This document shows positions 1 to 13,200 of a stretch of DNA of 64,000 nucleotides, piece after piece. The first letter of the stretch is position 1, and each line of letters starts with the position of its first letter. The position numbers and the translations under genes are program-made. Location of the stretch: assembly GCF_000315625.1 (NCBI RefSeq), contig NW_005434660.1, positions 172,711 to 236,710 of the forward strand, written 5' to 3'. This DNA comes from Guillardia theta CCMP2712 (taxonomy: Eukaryota > Protista > Cryptophyta). Below the pieces are notes generated by a model. That model had not been told where the DNA came from. It ran no database searches and was given only the letters and a program-made list of their open reading frames with translations.

Positions 1-581
1 GGAGGAGGAGGAGGAGGTCTGTTCGAATGGGGAAGTGACCGATTGTTCGCAGCATCCGACGGCAACAGTGCGGGGCACAAGAAGGGGGTGGACAACAACT
101 GGAACGTGCAGGTCATGAACCCTGTGACCAAGAGGCCAGTCAATGGGGGGGAATGGAGCGCGGTAAGTGAACGACCTGCCCACGCGTCTCCTCCTCGTCT
201 TCTCCTTCCCATCAAGCTTCTGCCCTCCCCTCTGCTCCTGCTGCTCTCAAAGATCCACTTTCCTTCCCCCTCCTGAAGCTGGTGTTCAAAGCTTGCATGC
301 TACTTGCCTTCCTCCTGTCCTCTTCCTTGTTTTGCTTTCTTCCTCCCCTCCTCTCACCCTCCTCCTTTTTCCTCGTTCTCTGCTACAACAACCCTTTCTG
401 TCTCCTACTCTCCTCTTCTCCCCCCCCTGTCCGTCTTCTCCTCCTCCTACCACTCACTGCTCGCTCCCAACAGGGTACCACGGATCACGCGCATTTTTTC
501 ACCCGGCTACATGCCGGAGAGATTTTGTTTCATCCTCGTTCTCACCAGGCGAAGAACCGAACGGTGCCTGAGAATCGATAA
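1..581 (+). CDS. 3' end of an unidentified spliced gene (partial)
   Basis: Open frame GGGGGGLFEWGSDRLFAASDG...GGEWSA, GT donor at ~163, CT-rich intron, AG acceptor at ~473, then GTTDHAHFFTRLHAGEILFHPR...ENR* (stop 581). No recognisable domain. Confidence 0.5.
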
Positions 582-705
582 ACCTATTCATTCAATCATA
601 CCAAAACTTGACACCCTCCCCCCCCCAGCTTCTTTCCTACCTGATCCCCTCCTCATCCTTTACAGCTCTCGATCATTCCTGTACCTCAGCAGAGCGTCTC
701 CTCTC

Positions 706-3700
706 TCAACCTGCCGCGTCTTCCTTCCTTCGGCTCTCAGGAAGTGCTGGTATGTCGTTCTCCATGGCGATAGAGAAGTTGAGGTACAGCTGGGCGTCAG
801 TGTTGTCCGGGCTCAGCTGCACAGCCCTCTGAAGGATCCTGAGCATGTGAATCAGCTCCCAGTACCCTCGCCCTCGCCCTCGCCCTCGCCCTCGCCCTCG
901 TCCTCTGGTCCATTCTCATCCTTTTTCCCCTTTGTCCTCCTCGTCCCTTCGTTCCCCCTCCTACTTCTCTCCCCTGCTCTTGCCCGTTGTCAACCCCCAA
1001 TGCACCTACCAATCTCTTCCTCCTCTTCCTCGCCCTTCCCCTCCTCCTCTCACCTTTTCGCAGAGGAGAAACGTTCTAGCCCGTTGCACAGGAGGATCCC
1101 GTAGTTGACGAGCGCGAGGACGTCGAGGGGACACTGGCGGAGGTGAATGACGTACTCCTCCTCTGCCCTTCGAAGGTCCCGCATGTGATGGTGAAGGAGC
1201 ATCGCGTACCTGACGAGAAGTGTGAGCAGAGACAGGGGGGCGAGGAAGAGGGAGAAAGAAACAGTGGAAGAGGGGGAGAGAGAGGAGTGGAAGGTAAGCA
1301 GGAAGACGGAGAGGGCGAGGGAGGTGAGAGAGGAGAGAGGAGGGAGGAAGCCGGAGGGGGAGGAGGAGAAGGAGGGGGAGGAGGAGTAGGAGGGGTAGGA
1401 GGAGGAGAGGGGGAGCGAGAAAACTTACCGGAGGTGATAAAGTCCGTTGTTGGGATCGAACTTTAGAGCACTGGAGAGCAGATGTGAGTATGAGACGAAA
1501 AGAGGAAAAAGTGAGAGAGGGACGCAAGAAGGAAGTAAATGACGCGCAGAACGAAAATGAAGATTAGGACACGTACAGAAGACATGTGGCAGAAGCTTGT
1601 GTAAGAGCACAGGGAGAGGAGGAGGAAGGGAGGAAAAGGAGGAAGAGAGGCTGAGGCTGAAGCGGAGGAGAAGGAGGGGGGGGAACGGAGAGCGATAGGG
1701 AGAGCAATCAAAGTAAGGAAGGAGAGCTACTCACGTCAAATATTCCTTCTGCGACTGCTCGTAGTCCCTAGTGATCTCATGAAGGTACTTGGCATACCCG
1801 AAGTGATACTCGCTGCCAACTCAAACTCACTTCTCCTCTCCTCCTGCCCTCCTGCCCTCCTGCCTTTGTCTCCCGCTCCTCCCGTACACTCTCCTCCCTT
1901 CTTCACTCTCGTCGCCATCCAAACCACCTCGTCATGGACTACTTCGATCCTCCCCTCTCATTCTCACTCTAATCGTCATTTGCTTGCTCTCCTCCCCCGA
2001 TCATCTTTCGTTGGTACCACCGCCTGCTCCTGCTCTCATCCCTCCCTGCTCCTGCTTCTGCTTCTGCTCCTGCTCCTGCTCAGTTCCTCACCCGTGCTGC
2101 GGGCAAAGTGCGATGGCACAACGATACATCTCTCCTGCTCGCCGAGAGTCGAGCATGTGCTTTCCCGGTGATTCCTCCAGGTCGTAGAGAGGACCAACCA
2201 GAAACTGCGAGAGAGAATTGGTGAGGAGGAGGAGGAAGAGGGGAGGAGGAGGAGGAAGAGGGGAGGAGGAGGAGGAGGAGGATCAGGAGGAGAAGGAGGA
2301 GGGGAGAGGGAGAGGGGTTGGAAAGGGAGGGGAGAAGAGAAGGAGGGAGATGAGCGAGGGGAAGAAGAGGAGGAGGGAGGAAACGACAGAGTTAGAAGCA
2401 GAATCGAGGCAAGAGGAGATTCGAGCGAGGGAGCAAGGCGAGAGGAGAGAAGGGAAGAGAGGAGGGAGCAGACGAAGGAGGAGGGAGGGAGGAAGGGCTG
2501 GGTATTCACTCACGGAAGCATAGTGGTACAGGAAGTAAGCGTCGCTCCTCCTCTCTTGCAAGAGTTCGTAGAGCCAAGTTCCTGCCTCCTCCATGAGAGG
2601 TTCCCTGTCCTCCACTGCAAGGCCCGGAAGATGTTTCTGCATCCAGTCATGAGAGGAGGAGGAGCGAAAGGACGAGAGGGGAAGGAACGCTCGATGTGAA
2701 GCTCAGGTATGGCAGAGGAACAATGCCGACGATGAAGGAAAGATGGAGGAGGTTAAAGTTGAGCTGGAGGGATTGAGCAGATCGAGGGTGGACACACGAG
2801 GAGGGAGGACAGAGATGGAGTGAAAAGTAGGGAGAGGAGAGAATGCAGGAGGGAGGAGGGAGGAGGGAGGAGGGAGGAGGGAGGAGGGAGGAAAGGACGA
2901 AAGGAGAGGAGATGCTCGGCTGACCTCCAAGAACTTGGAGTAAGCGATCAGCTTCCTGGGGTTGGTGGGATCATCTCGCACAACCTCATACAGGAACTTG
3001 AAACAATCTTCTCGTTTCTCCTCCTCCCAGTTTGACAGCGCGACATGCGCAAACGTCTCCACCGTCAGTTCGTCGCTCGGATCTAGCCAGACGGCCTCTC
3101 TGCAAGGAGACAGGAGAGAGGAAGGAAGGGAGGTTGGGAGGGAGGGAGGGAGGGAGGGGAGAGGAGAAAAGCGAAGGAGAAAATGGAGAGGAGGAATACA
3201 GAAGCGTTAGTCAGCTACATTCTCAGCCTGACATTCACATACTTGACAAGATTCTTTGCCTGCTGGTACTCCCCCAACTCAACGCACTGGCCAGCGACTA
3301 TGTTGACGAGCAGAAGGTTGGTGGGATCCAGACTGAGAGAGCGGAGAGCCAGGGTCAGCGATTCCTTTACATCCTTGTACTTCTTGTAGTGGAGCTGCTG
3401 AAATTTCAGGCGTTTCCCCAGCGGCTCGTGCTGTACCTTGGATCTGCAGATCTCAACGAAAGGATCGCTGGGGGCTAGTCGAGCTGCTGCTCTTAGGCTG
3501 CGTTCCGCGTCTTCGTACTGCTCTCTGCGCATGCAATTGACTGAGTAGGCCAGACTGCAGGGTTGGTGTCAGATGTCATCCAATTTCATCTCACATCATT
3601 TCATCTCACATCATCTCATTTCTGATATGATATATCAATTCACATCATATCGTGCCATTCCACATCATATCGTATCATATTGTATCGTATCACGTCATAT

Positions 3701-5476
3701 TGTATCATATCACATCATATCGTATCATATCGTATTGTATCACATCATATCGTATCATATCGTATCGTATCACATCATATTGTATCATGGAATAGCCCAC
3801 AACATCACATCGCACTCCATGTCATCTCAAGAGTTGAGATTGCTGCCAACAAGCAACAACGGCACATTTTCTCACTACATCTGGTGACTTGAAGGCGCTA
3901 AAGCTAAACTGCTCTGAAGCAGCTCGCACGCCCGATCATAATCTTGAAAGACAGTCTGCAGCGATGTTGCCTTCGCAGCCAATTGCAATGAGAGAGAAAG
4001 ACAGTCAGACAGGGGGCAGAGAGCGAACGTCTCTCTACCTGAGCGAAGAGAACGTCTGGATTCTGAGGACGGTTCGTGAGAGCAGTCTCGCATAGATTAC
4101 CTTGACCAACAGGTCACAACAGATCTCTTCCTCTCAACTTCCCTCACTGATCTCACTGACGTTGCCGCTGAAGACCTCCAGCCAGTTCGTCATGCAGTCC
4201 AGCGCAAGATCGTTGTCGGGGTTTCCATTGATCGCCTGATGCATCAAATTTCACCTCCACCGAATCCCACGAGTCAAATCGATGCTGCTCCCTCCTCCTG
4301 CCCCCTTCTCTCCCCTCCCTCAACGTCTTCCTCCTCGCCCACCACCACCGCTCCTTCCTTTACTCTGCATTTTCTTCCTCCTGTTCCCCACTACTTCCTC
4401 TTCATTTCTGGTCTTCAATTGAGTGAACTCTCCCTTTCCACCTCCCTCATACCTTGAATTGCTTTCTTATCATCACCACTACAAAGGACGACCCCGCCCC
4501 CTTCAAACAAAAACCTCCTCCTCCTCCCTCNNNNNNNNNNNNNNNNNNNNNNNNNNNNNNNNNNNNNNNNNNNNNNNNNNNNNNNNNNNNNNNNNNNNNN
4601 NNNNNNNNNNNNNNNNNNNNNNNNNNNNNNCCTCATGCCTGTCTTGCAAAATTGCCAGGATCCCAAGCACGGTCATCAGGAGATCAGATTGTGGGTCTTG
4701 GCTCAGCATTGTCATAAACTGGCTCTCCGCCTCCTGGACCTCTCCCGCCCGCAGAAAGTTGAGCCCTCTACATCGCTATTAGATGCAGGCAGGAAGACAC
4801 CACCACCACCTCCTCCTCCTCCTCCTCCTCCTCCCCTTCCTCGCACCCCTTCTCTAGCTCCTCCTCGTGCCCCTGCTCTAGCTCCTACTACTTCTCTTCC
4901 TCTTCCTCTTCCTCTTCCTCTTCCTCTTCCTCTTCCCTGTCCTCATTCTCATGTTCGTTTTTGTCCGCTTCCTCGTCTTTGTCCTCTTTTCAACTTGCTC
5001 AACCTCATTCTCCTCCACCCTTCCCTGCCTCTCTATTGTGCTCACCTCAAGAATTCCTTCTCATCAAACCTAGCAGCGTTTCTTCCAACCATCTCCTGAT
5101 TCTCCTTCCCCTTCCCCTTCCATCCTGTCGAGCCATGCTCTCCCTTCCCTTGCATCAGTGGGGGAGGACTGGGCAACATGCAAGGGGCCGAGCTGCTCCC
5201 AGGAGGATAGAGATCGTCGTCCGGAGAACGAGGAAGTCCAGCAGCGTTAACTAGCTCGACGCCCTCCCACAGGCCCTCCTGCATTGCGAGCGGTGTCTGC
5301 AGAGGATTTGGCGGGCGTATAAGGGGTATGCCGCCTTTCTTGCTATGTAGGTGCTCCTGGCTAGGGACGGGGCGGAGGGAGAAAGGGTCCTCTTCGAGCT
5401 GGAGGAAGGAGGGGAGGGAGAGGATGACAAGGAACCACGGGGCAAGACGAAGTTCCCGCCATACCAGCGTTGCCAT
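706..5476 (-). CDS. Multi-exon TPR-repeat protein (start uncertain; spans an N gap)
   Basis: Short exons with TPR-like helices: EQYEDAERSLRAAARLAPSD and ALRSLSLDPTNLL (3240-3530); YEVVRDDPTNPRKLIAYSKFLE (~2925-3000); AGEMYRCAIALCPQH (~2095-2135); YHFGYAKYLHEITRDYEQSQKEY (~1740-1810); YAMLLHHHMRDLRRAEEEYVIHLRQCPLDVLALVNYG (~1100-1208); LQRAVQLSPDNTDAQLYL (~780-835). Introns are CT/GA-rich. Confidence 0.75.
3573..3815. repeat. Degenerate pentanucleotide microsatellite (ATCAC/ATCAT/ATCGT)n in a TPR-gene intron
   Basis: Visible 5-bp periodicity, e.g. cacatcatatcgtatcatat repeated. Confidence 0.9.
4531..4630. other. Assembly gap (100 N)
   Basis: Run of N. Confidence 1.
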
Positions 5477-5774
5477 GACGAGGGTAGCGCGGGCAGGTTG
5501 CTTTGTAGAGCAAATGGAGAGGGGTGGGAAGAGGAGGAAAGAGACGGGGAAGAAAAGAGGAAGAGGAGATGAGGAGGGAGAGGGAGCGAGAGAGGGAAGG
5601 AAGAGGAGCCAGCAGGTCGTTCAGCCTCTACATGGGAAATCTTCTCAATTCGCCGGCATCGGTGTGGGAATTACTACCCCACCCTGTATCATCCCTGCTT
5701 TTTTCACCGGTACCTTCTCCTCTGCCCCCCTCACACCAGACAACCAACAACCACCACGACGGTGCGGGCAGCAG

Positions 5775-7263
5775 TAGCTGCGGTTCTGCTGAGCTCCTGC
5801 TGGGGTTGGACCGTCCGAGGAGTTCTTCCCTCCTCTCTTCCCTCCCTCGGTCCTCCTCTCTCCTTGCACGCGCAGCATTGAGAAGCGGCGCTGCCATGTC
5901 CACGATGCGCATCATCGACACGTGCGTCAACCTGCAGGTGAGGTGAGGGAGAGGAAGNNNNNNNNNNNNNNNNNNNNNNNNNNNNNNNNNNNNNNNNNNN
6001 NNNNNNNNNNNNNNNNNNNNNNNNNNNNNNNNNNNNNNNNNNNNNNNNNNNNNNNNNTCCTTCGTCCTCGTCTCTACCCCCCCACCCCCACCCCCCCCCC
6101 ACCTCTCCAAATCTTCTCTTCCTCACTTCCGCTGACTATCTTCACCACACTCCACACTCACCTTCTTCCTCCCCTAGAAATACTCCAGCTAGAACGACTG
6201 ACTTCCCTTCTCTCCCTGTTCTCGAATATTTTTTTGTCCCCGTTGACACTGCGTGAAGGGGCTGGAGGTGGCGGAGGTGGCGGAAGCTTGTTACCAGAAC
6301 ACTATGAGAGTCCTCTTCCCCTCTGAATGTTGACAAAACATCAAAACGGATTCGACTGCTTTATCTTCCTTCTATCACATCTCTCCCTTTTCCTGCTCTC
6401 TTCCTCTCACGCCTTCTCTCCGAACTTGAGCCAGCTTCTCAGCTTCTGTTTCGCTGTCGACAACGTTGGGTTGTCAGGAAGACAAGAGTTGAAACCTGCC
6501 AACGGCGCATCAGCAAGACAAGGCAAGGATACAGATCTGACTATGTCAGTGAGGAAGGTTGGTGGAGGAGAAGGAGAATTGAGTGGACAGGCTTCGAAGC
6601 AGGCAGAGAGGATGAGGAAGGAGAAGGGGAGGAAGGAGGAGCAGGAGCAACAGCAGGAGCAGGATGCAAGGGAAACGAGTTCAAGGAGTCAATAGGGACG
6701 CACCGGCGAAGTTAAAGAACATCTGCCTCCTCCTGCACCATTCTCTGATGTCCCGCACCCCCACCTGACTTCTTCGAGCCCCTCCAGGAACAGGGAACCT
6801 AGCAAGAACAGTGATTGATGACCTCTCCTTCTCCTGCCTGTTCTCCTTCCTTCCAACAGCTCTTCTTCACTCCTCCTTGCTCCTCTCCTCCACGTTTTGA
6901 ATTTCCTTTCCTCATCACCTTGCACGGAAGGCTGAGTCGAGAACAACTTCTTGGCAGCAGTTCAACTATCCCGGGGGTTACCTCCACTTCCATTCCATGC
7001 TCACAATACCTTGATCGAGGAGGCTGCTAGTTCCGCCATCATCAGCTCGATCTCCTGCAGCAAACTTTACTCTTCCTCTTCCATCTTTCTCCCTCCCCTT
7101 ATCTCATCCCACCTGCTGCTGCCATGGTCGTAAAGACATACTCGAGGCGTCTCCTTCTCCTGCCATCTCCTTTTCTACCTCATCCTCTGCCATGCCGGAC
7201 CTGAGAAAAGAAGCCATTGTCATCCTCCTGATCATAGCATCATGTGACAGTTGCGAAACATGT

Positions 7264-7320
<57 letters not shown>

Positions 7321-8671
7321 GTTATCTCCATCTTCGTCATCATCGACCACACCCATACCCATCAAAGTCTCCATCAAGAGCACATGTCACAAGGAACAAC
7401 CTTGAGCTGCCACCAGTGCTTGCCTCCTCCGCAACGCCTCCATCCTCCTCCTCGTCCCTTATCGTCGCGCTGTCAACACAAGGACCAGCGGGGTAGAGCC
7501 TCCTCATCCTGCTGCCCCCCGTTCGACCAACCTGGACTCTCCCCTTGCCCTGTGGCTTCTCCTCCACTACAACAGGATCTTCCCGGCTTTCCCCCATCCT
7601 TCCGACAGCACTCAGCCCATTTCCTGAGTTCTCAACAACTTCCTCCTCCTCCCGCTCCTCTTCACTGTCAGGGATGCAGTCGATAGATGCATCCAGCCGC
7701 GTGCTCTCTTGCGACGAGCATTCCTCTCCTGCATGCCGCTGTTGATAATTCCCCTCCTCGTTCCTGCCATCCGCGACATCCTGCATGCTTTCGTCTATTC
7801 TCTCCTCATCACGTTCCTCCTCGCCCATGTTCAGTTTCTTCAATCCCTCGCAAAACTCCAATGTCTCGCTCTCGTCCCCACCGGGCTCTCTCGCGGGACT
7901 CTCACTTGCATCCTCCATACCTAGCCCCTCATCATCTGTGATTCCCTCGTCCCCTTGCCCCTGCTCTTGATCTCTTACTTTCCTCTCTTCTCCATCGGTG
8001 GTGGCCCTCAGCAATTTTCTCACACTCTGGGCTTCGCGATGGTCTAGCATCGATCGGCATCTCGCCTCCTGCGGCGTCACTGCAGCATTTTCTCGCTCTC
8101 CTTGAAGTGAACGATGAGCTGGGATGGTTGAATCTGGGTCGAACAAGTGACTTCCCCGTTCTCCTCCCCCTCCTCCTCTCATGAAGCTGGGGCTTGCTAT
8201 CTCTATGCTGTAGTCAGATGCGCTCGAAACTTTCCTAGCCTCCTTGCTGCTTGTCTGCTGAGTTTTCGCAATCGAACTGCCCTGCTCCTTCTGTCCTGTT
8301 TGAATCCTTCCCGAATCCTGGCATATTGCCTGCGCAAACCTTCCTTCCTTGCATTGTGCGGCTGGCAATCCAGGAGTCTTGAAGGAGCTGTGTACTGAGC
8401 TGACCTTAGCAGATCCTCGCAAGAGGAGAGGAGACTCTGCGGTGTTGATGTTCGGGTCTGCATTCTCTTCTTCATCAAGTCGATCCAATTCTTCTGAATC
8501 ACTCCGATTGCATGATGGTTGGTTCTCCGGAGCCAATGCAGATTCTGCATACATCTCTGCATTAATGATCTCCTCTTTTGATATCTCTTGTTTCTTCCAT
8601 TCTCCAATAACGTTGTCCACGTATAATTCCCACCCCAAAATCTCCTCCCTCTCCATTGGTGCCGAACTCAT
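5775..8671 (-). CDS. Hypothetical acidic, low-complexity protein (443-aa first exon plus further small exons; 3' end uncertain)
   Basis: ORF 7340-8671 is E/D/S-rich, with more coding-like segments down to ~5775. No domain recognised. It could be continuous with the TPR gene. Confidence 0.5.
5958..6057. other. Assembly gap (100 N)
   Basis: Run of N. Confidence 1.
7264..7320. repeat. (CAT)n microsatellite
   Basis: About 19 perfect copies. Confidence 0.95.
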
Positions 8672-10206
8672 CGTTGGAATCGAGTGACGTGGTAGATCAG
8701 ACTTTCAGCCTAGTATCAAAGGCTGTACCGAGTCCTATCGTCAGTATCCTCCTCCTCCTCCTCCTCCCTTGCCGCGCTCCTCGCGATCTTTGCTGCTCCT
8801 ACTCAAGATTATCGTTTGCAACGGCCATTGCCGCCCTGCTTTTGATTTTCGTTTCTTTCTTCAGCCGACAGTTACAGCAGTTATATCGATGCTGGGCACA
8901 TTGATAACGGTTTTTGGGGGTGGCGGTTACAATTTTCGACTGGACCCTACCCTTGCGCCCAAGTTTTCTAGGATTTGACAGGGGGGGTTGCGCCTATGAT
9001 ACATCTACCCCTGGTGATTAGACCCAAACATCCGGTGGGGTCATACTTGCAGGGAAGGGTACACTACCCTACCCCAGAGCTCTATCCTATGGCACAGCTA
9101 TATCTTTGTACCCCATCATTCCCATCAGAATTAGTTGAAAACATAGGTAGGGTGAGAAATGGAAAGTCAAACAGAGGGGGTAGGGAGAAGTTGAGAATGT
9201 ACCTTGGGGTAGGTCAAGTGATTCCAATGGGTGGGGTTATCTACCCTACCACCTAAATGTCTGCCCCATTTTCATTTCCTTCCCATGTTGTGGTCATACA
9301 AGTGTCGGAGTAGGAGGTGGGGGGCGCTATTCCACATGGGTAGGGGTGGGGCGGCCTGGGTACGTGGTCTGCGCAGGCAAATCGGGGAGGGGTGGGTTCG
9401 CGAGCGGGAATGTCGGCGGGAGTGGAGGACAACAGCGGCACGATGGTGAGAAAACATGAAGGAGAGGAGATGAATGAAAAGGAAAGAGCATGTGAGAACA
9501 ACATTGCATGACACTTATGGGGATGAGGAAGCAGAAAGCGAAAGATAATGATCAGGAAAGATACAACAATAGAAACAGGTTCACATCCAAGCACTCTCAG
9601 TAGCAAGGTTTGAGCATACAAGACTGCAGGCATGATTGCCGAACTCGACCGCGAAATATACACAGCAGTAGTGCTGAAATCTAAGGAGATTGAGAAAGGA
9701 AAATTCTGGGTAGGCTGTTGCACAGGAGGGTAGAGAGGGCCCAAGTTGAGCTTGGGCGGCAAACAAGAATGGTGATGGCCACCTTGAGAAATACATTTGG
9801 AACAAGCTATTTAGTTGGATGACAACAAAAGATGATATGAGTCTGAAGATTGGGGCGAATGGGGCCAAACATGGAATATAACTCTCGAACAGCCTGAATG
9901 AAAGCAAAGAGGATAGGAAGAGATGGTTTTTCGTTTCCTGTAGTAATCCCTGAGTCTGTAACGAGGAGGTTCCTCGTTTGATTGCAAACTTTAGATGTAG
10001 AAGGGCAACTTTTAGAAGTGATGCTTCGGAGGCGTGCCAAACATCTAATGACGTCTTTGATCTAGGAGGCGATCCTGCGGGTCGACTCGCCGGGGTCATT
10101 TGAGAAGAAATCTGGCGCACAAGATGCCAGATCAGAACGGACCAGCTCAGATCTTTCTTCTCCTCTACTTTCTAGAATTCCGCTCCTTCCCAAGCTAGAG
10201 GTTGCT

Positions 10207-13200
10207 ATGATGGCTTCCACACAGCTTGAGGAATTCCCCTCACCGTCGTCCTACTTTCTGCATGCCAAAATGCAACATGAAAGGGCTCGACAAGATCGGC
10301 TCTCTGGTATAGTCGGGATATCCACTGAACAGGTGACTTGTTTCTCAACACGTTTGTCGAATTGTTTACCATATAAGCGCAGAAATCCAGCAAGCACGAA
10401 CCTAGCTTGAAGGCGCTTGCACGTAGAAGTATATGTCTCGCTATGAGCCACACGGAGAGCTCCGGGCGTGCTCCTAAGACTATCATAGATGAGATACTCC
10501 AATCGGAGATCTTGCTGGAAGTGTTGACGTTCTTGGATGCAAGGCATATTCTTTGTGTCATGGCAGTGTGTCGCAAGATGAAGCTGATTGCGGGAAGTAG
10601 CCATTTTTGGAGCAAAATCGGTGAAATCGAGAAGGATTGCTCTCGAGTCAATTGGGCAGCATTCAAGTTTCAAGGAGTTTTGAAGAAGAAGAAAGACTCG
10701 ATGGTTGTGAAATGCGAGAGCCGTGTTTCTGGCAAAGTGATGGTTGTCAAGAGAATCAAGAAGATGCCTTCAGTATCAGGAGACGCCTCAGATGAAGATG
10801 AGGCCGGTGCCGATCAAGGCTTCCCTGTCCGTTATCTTCGAGAGGCCTGTCTTCTCAGGGCCTGCAATCACCCCAATGTGATGAAGCTTGAATTCGTGAC
10901 ATATCATGAAGGCCAGATCGAGCTCTTTTCTGAGTTTGTCGGATTGAACGTAGAAGACTACATTTCGAGTCTTTCAGACGAATACTTCACCCGAAACAAG
11001 CAGAAGCATGAATGGGTACTTCAGCTGGGCCGATATTTTATGAAACAGGTTCTGAAGGGCATTGATTACTGTCATTCCATCGGAATTTTATTACGAGACG
11101 TGAAACCTAGGAATTTTCTGATTTCTTCCGATGGAACACTGAAGCTGACAGGGTTCGTTCTGGCTCGCTTTTCTCTTCTTCCTGAGGAACCTCTTACACA
11201 ACAAGTTGTGACGCTCTCTTACAGAGCACCGGAAATCATCCTGGGTGGAACCTATCCTGTCTACACGGCACCTGTCGATATATGGTCAGCAGGTTGTACT
11301 TTTGCCGAGATGATCACCGGCCGGACACTCTTCGAAGGAGACAGCGAGATCGGGCAGCTTCTCAAGATCTTCAAGCTACTGGGCACACCTTCAGATTGCA
11401 ACAAGTCATTCTGCTTTGAAGTCCCTTCATATATTGAGCTTCTTCCTCAGTGGCAGCCTCAGAGTCTGAGTGAAAGGCTGGAGGGCTTGTGTGACGAAGG
11501 GGTTGATCTCTTATCGCGTATGCTCTTGTACCATCCTTGTAGCAGGATTACAGCAAGGGATGCTCTGAAGCACCCTTACTTTCAAGGGGATCATGTCTGC
11601 AAGCAATCGAACTGCTCCTTGAAACGTTTGATTGGCGAGGACGAGCTGACATGTATGCGAATGCCTCAAGGATGTGAGATCAGCAGAGTCTTAGCAAGAG
11701 CTGTCGTAGCGGATGCCAAAGAAAGCTGCAGACAGCAAGAAGCTTCGCATCATACTTGTTGCGAAGCACAAGTTTGCAGGTCAAATTGTTGTGATGACAG
11801 CTCCAACGAGGCCGCTATGTGTTCCTTGTCGTATCAGAATATCTATCAATCTTACGGTGTAAATATCTTTCAGTCGTTGACCAGAAATGAGGTGAGATTT
11901 ACCGTGTTTGGCAGCTGTTTTGACAACTGACCACGATGGACGACGCAGGAGAAATTTCTGCCTTGTAATCAAGAATCGCTTCGATGTACGGAGTATCAAG
12001 CAGTGCGGAAAGATCTTGTACACTTCATCATACAAGTCATTGATGAAGACATAATGAAGCCAGAGACCTTGTATTTAGCTGTAAATTACATGGACAGGTA
12101 AGCTCGATATTGCAGATTGATTTGGGCGTCATGTTATCTCCTTGTGATGGCTTTCTGTTACAGGTTTGTGACCTCCTGCCCACGGGCGCTGCACAACATG
12201 AAACTTGTTGCTGTCGCCTGCATTCTCATCGCCTCGAAGCAAGAAGAGCTTGCTCCCCAGAGCGTGTTGAATCTAATTCTCCGAACAGAGGATACCTTTG
12301 ATGAGGTTTTACCTTTCTTCATGTCATCGTCCTCATCTGACTGGATTTCGAAGGTATTAGGCATGGAAGCAGATGTCCTGCGGGATTTAGATTACTCCTT
12401 GACACTTTGTACCCCGTGGCGCTGTTCAGAATTCTACCGATTCCACATCTTGTACGACAGGGAACTGCCGGCATCTCTCAAGAGGTTTCTAAACTAGTCC
12501 TCCCCAGATTGCTTGACTGTTTGTGTAGTATGTTTTCTCGGACTCAGCCGCTGCCGAACGACATGTGGAACTTGTCAAGGTCTCCGACTGTGATGAAACT
12601 CATTCCTTATAACATGCTTGCTTCTTCAGATATCTGATGGAGCTAGCATTGAGCGAATTCCAAGAGATTTTCACCCGTCCTTCTCAGCTTGCAGCGGCTG
12701 CCGTTATCCTTTCGATGCACAACTTTGAAAGGTAAAGTCGAGGAAAGTAGAGTTCTGCTGGAAGAGAGCTTATGAATTTGACAGCGATATCGTGGATCTG
12801 TGCTTGCAATCGCACGCAGAAAATGGAAGGCATATAGAAGAAGATGCGACTCTGCCAGTCCATGTTCAAAACATCATCCTGTACAAAATCAGGTGAACTG
12901 ATGTCGTATCGGAGACAATGGAAATCCCTGACACTGTGAAGCAGCAATCTTTTGAATAGCTCCAGTCACGAAGACAGCAGTGCGTCTTCGCAGTGGTGCG
13001 TGCACGAGGCACTCAACAACCTTGTTCAGATCATGTCAAGGTTGCAAAAGTGAGTTTGTTCGTAACGATCCAAACTTTGATCCCACGCTTTCTGCATGCA
13101 CCTATTCGCTCCTGTACCCCCTCCCCCACTTTCTCCCTCTTCCTCCCTCCCTCCCTTCCTTCGTCACATAGTTGCTGACTGACTTGTATCTACTGTTGTA

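Noticed and set aside
167-7700. Many Pro/Ser/Leu- or Gly/Arg/Glu-rich ORFs in the ORF track
   Set aside because: They are translations of CT/GA-rich introns or antisense frames of the TPR and acidic genes.
9630-9882. Possible small two-exon gene (MIAELDREIY...) or an extra 5' exon of the F-box-CDK-cyclin gene
   Set aside because: It ends in its own stop, has no recognisable motif, and I found no convincing splice to 10207.
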